In this document: positions 62,127-64,000 of the stretch, piece after piece
How the letters are laid out: each line of letters opens with the position of its first letter
Position numbering within the stretch: position 1 is the stretch's first letter
Assembly (NCBI GenBank): GCA_965202585.1
Contig: OZ241833.1
Span: forward strand, 16,182,001-16,246,000
Source: Thalia democratica
Taxonomy: Eukaryota
Length of the DNA stretch: 64,000 nt
Direction: 5' to 3'
Notes under the pieces: model-generated
Told to the model about the DNA's origin: nothing
What the model saw: only the letters and a program-made list of their open reading frames with translations
The model's database searches: none
Position numbers and translations under genes: made by a program

Positions 62127-64000
62127 TTTTTATGCTGTAAAAAAAACATTTGCTCTATTTAATTAACAAAAAAAATTTTTAACGTATTTTTATAAATAAA
62201 AATTGTGAATTACAGATGTAATCAATGTGGCATATAAATGTTCACTAAGTAATTTAAAAGATAACTAACTATTTACATGTTACTCGGTTTCAATAAAAGA
62301 TATGTAGTTTTAATTAACAAAATTTGAACTTTGATTAAATAATTTACAGATAAGTTATAGTATGGATATCAAAGTATTAAACGTTGATAAAAAAATATAA
62401 CATTTAAATAAAATTTAAAAATATATAGTTTTGATTTAGTTTTTGACTTTTTTTTAAACGTAGCTGAAAATTAGAGTTTATCTTTTGTTAAACAATAAAT
62501 TTTGTTTGTGAACTGATTTTAACAATGCTTTGTATATTACACCTTTAGTTATTATTTTATTTATACAAGTTCTATATAAAGTAAGCATTGCTGATTTTTA
62601 AATATTATAATAAATAGTATAAATGCGTAAGTCAGTTTAATAGATAAACTATTGTTATTTGAAAACTTACAATTTTTTTATCAGCTAAACACGAAAATTA
62701 CTAAAACCTTTATTCTAGCATCTAGCTAATAAAATTGTGCATAAATACTAAAATATTTTCAAAAAAATAGTCTTAAGGAAATAGCTAGTATTTCAAAGAA
62801 GCTTCCGCTTAAGTAGTAATTACGTCATAAAACAAAATGTTTTTTAATTGCAATAATGTGCTACTTAAATAAACAACAGTTTCACTCGTCTATCAAAATA
62901 AAGCTAATTTAGTTTTTACAATAGATTTGGTTTAATAATTTGTAAATACCTAAAGAGATAATGTTTGACAATAAAATACTAACACTAGCTTATTCTACGA
63001 CAATACAAAAGACAAAAACAAATTAAATGTTTGCCAAACTTTTTAGTTAATCATTGATAATGAAAATTGTTGTTTGAGTTTCAGCAACTCATTCAAAACT
63101 TTTTCTTTAAAATTAAAAATCTATTGCTATAGCTTTTTAAATATATACTTTTTTTATTCAATTTAAACCACAAAAATGTGAAAAAAAACAAAGCCTATAT
63201 AGATAAAGAATAAATAGAGAAGTATATATTCAAAATGTTTTATGTTCGTTTAGCATTAAACTTAACTTAGCAAAAAAAAAACCTTATATTACTGAACATT
63301 ATAATTAACAGTTTACTAAGCAAAACAATAAGAAAGTATAAAAAGATGAGTCATAACAGATTAATTTCTACTTCCTTTTAAAATACTTGAGCTATTACTT
63401 TTGTTACTATCAAAGATCTTTTAAGCTTTTTTTTAATGAAATCTTTTTTTGTAGATACTTATTTAGTTTAAAGTTTTTTTTTTCTAGAGAAAGTTAGTTT
63501 TATTAGTTTTAGATATTGTTGGTTCAAAACTAAACTTAAAATATTTTCATTTATCTTAATTTAAAAACCAAAAGTCTGACTAAAACAAAATATTTTTTTG
63601 TTAATTAAAAGCAACAAGAAAACAATTTTAAACTTAATATTCTTTAAACTGCTTGCTTAATCAAGCATATTAAAATTCAACTGTAAAGCTTTTTTGTATT
63701 TCTGTTATTGAGCTAAATAAGTTTGTGCGTATGAAAGAAGTAGAGAGAAACAAAGAGAGGAAAAATGCTATAAACGAGAGTTTGCTTAAGTTTTTTTTAT
63801 TACTTTTTCTTTAAGAAAAATCTTAATCAATATGTTTCTTGCATAACTTAAGAAGGTGTTTTTTTATGTTCAACGGCTTGTTTGTTTTGGTTTTGGTTTT
63901 ACCTTACATTCTATCAAGTTAAAACGGTTGTTTTGTTTTTTTGCGTTGAACTCAAACTTATTTCATTTCAAGAGATAATTTCGTGCGTTGATTTAGAAAA

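Overview
Very AT-rich metazoan (invertebrate-like) genomic DNA. I see no prokaryotic features, rRNA, tRNA or CRISPR. Two spliced protein-coding genes lie on the minus strand. (1) A c-Jun/AP-1 family bZIP gene: CDS 19425-18688 joined to 14114-13968, 294 aa, with a 4.6-kb intron splitting the start of the leucine zipper. A candidate CRE+CCAAT promoter lies near 23.3 kb. (2) An 8-exon gene (62126-48223) with compatible splice phases throughout, giving a 1134-aa low-complexity protein with an N-terminal PLDLS (CtBP-type) motif and no domain I recognise. The rest is a dense collection of mostly non-autonomous DNA transposons. These include a three-level nest (hAT > Mutator-like foldback > Tc1/mariner MITE), a modular GGG-ended MITE family with telomere-like internal modules, and a MITE whose inverted repeats carry perfect Maf/AP-1 T-MARE sites, one copy of which sits in the jun intron. 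Degenerate hAT and pogo-like transposase remnants are also present, along with a decayed Penelope-like retroelement (RT + GIY-YIG) ending in a hammerhead-like core. Most short ORFs in the supplied track are compositional artefacts. All alignments were done by eye, and superfamily calls rest on TIR/TSD patterns rather than database searches.
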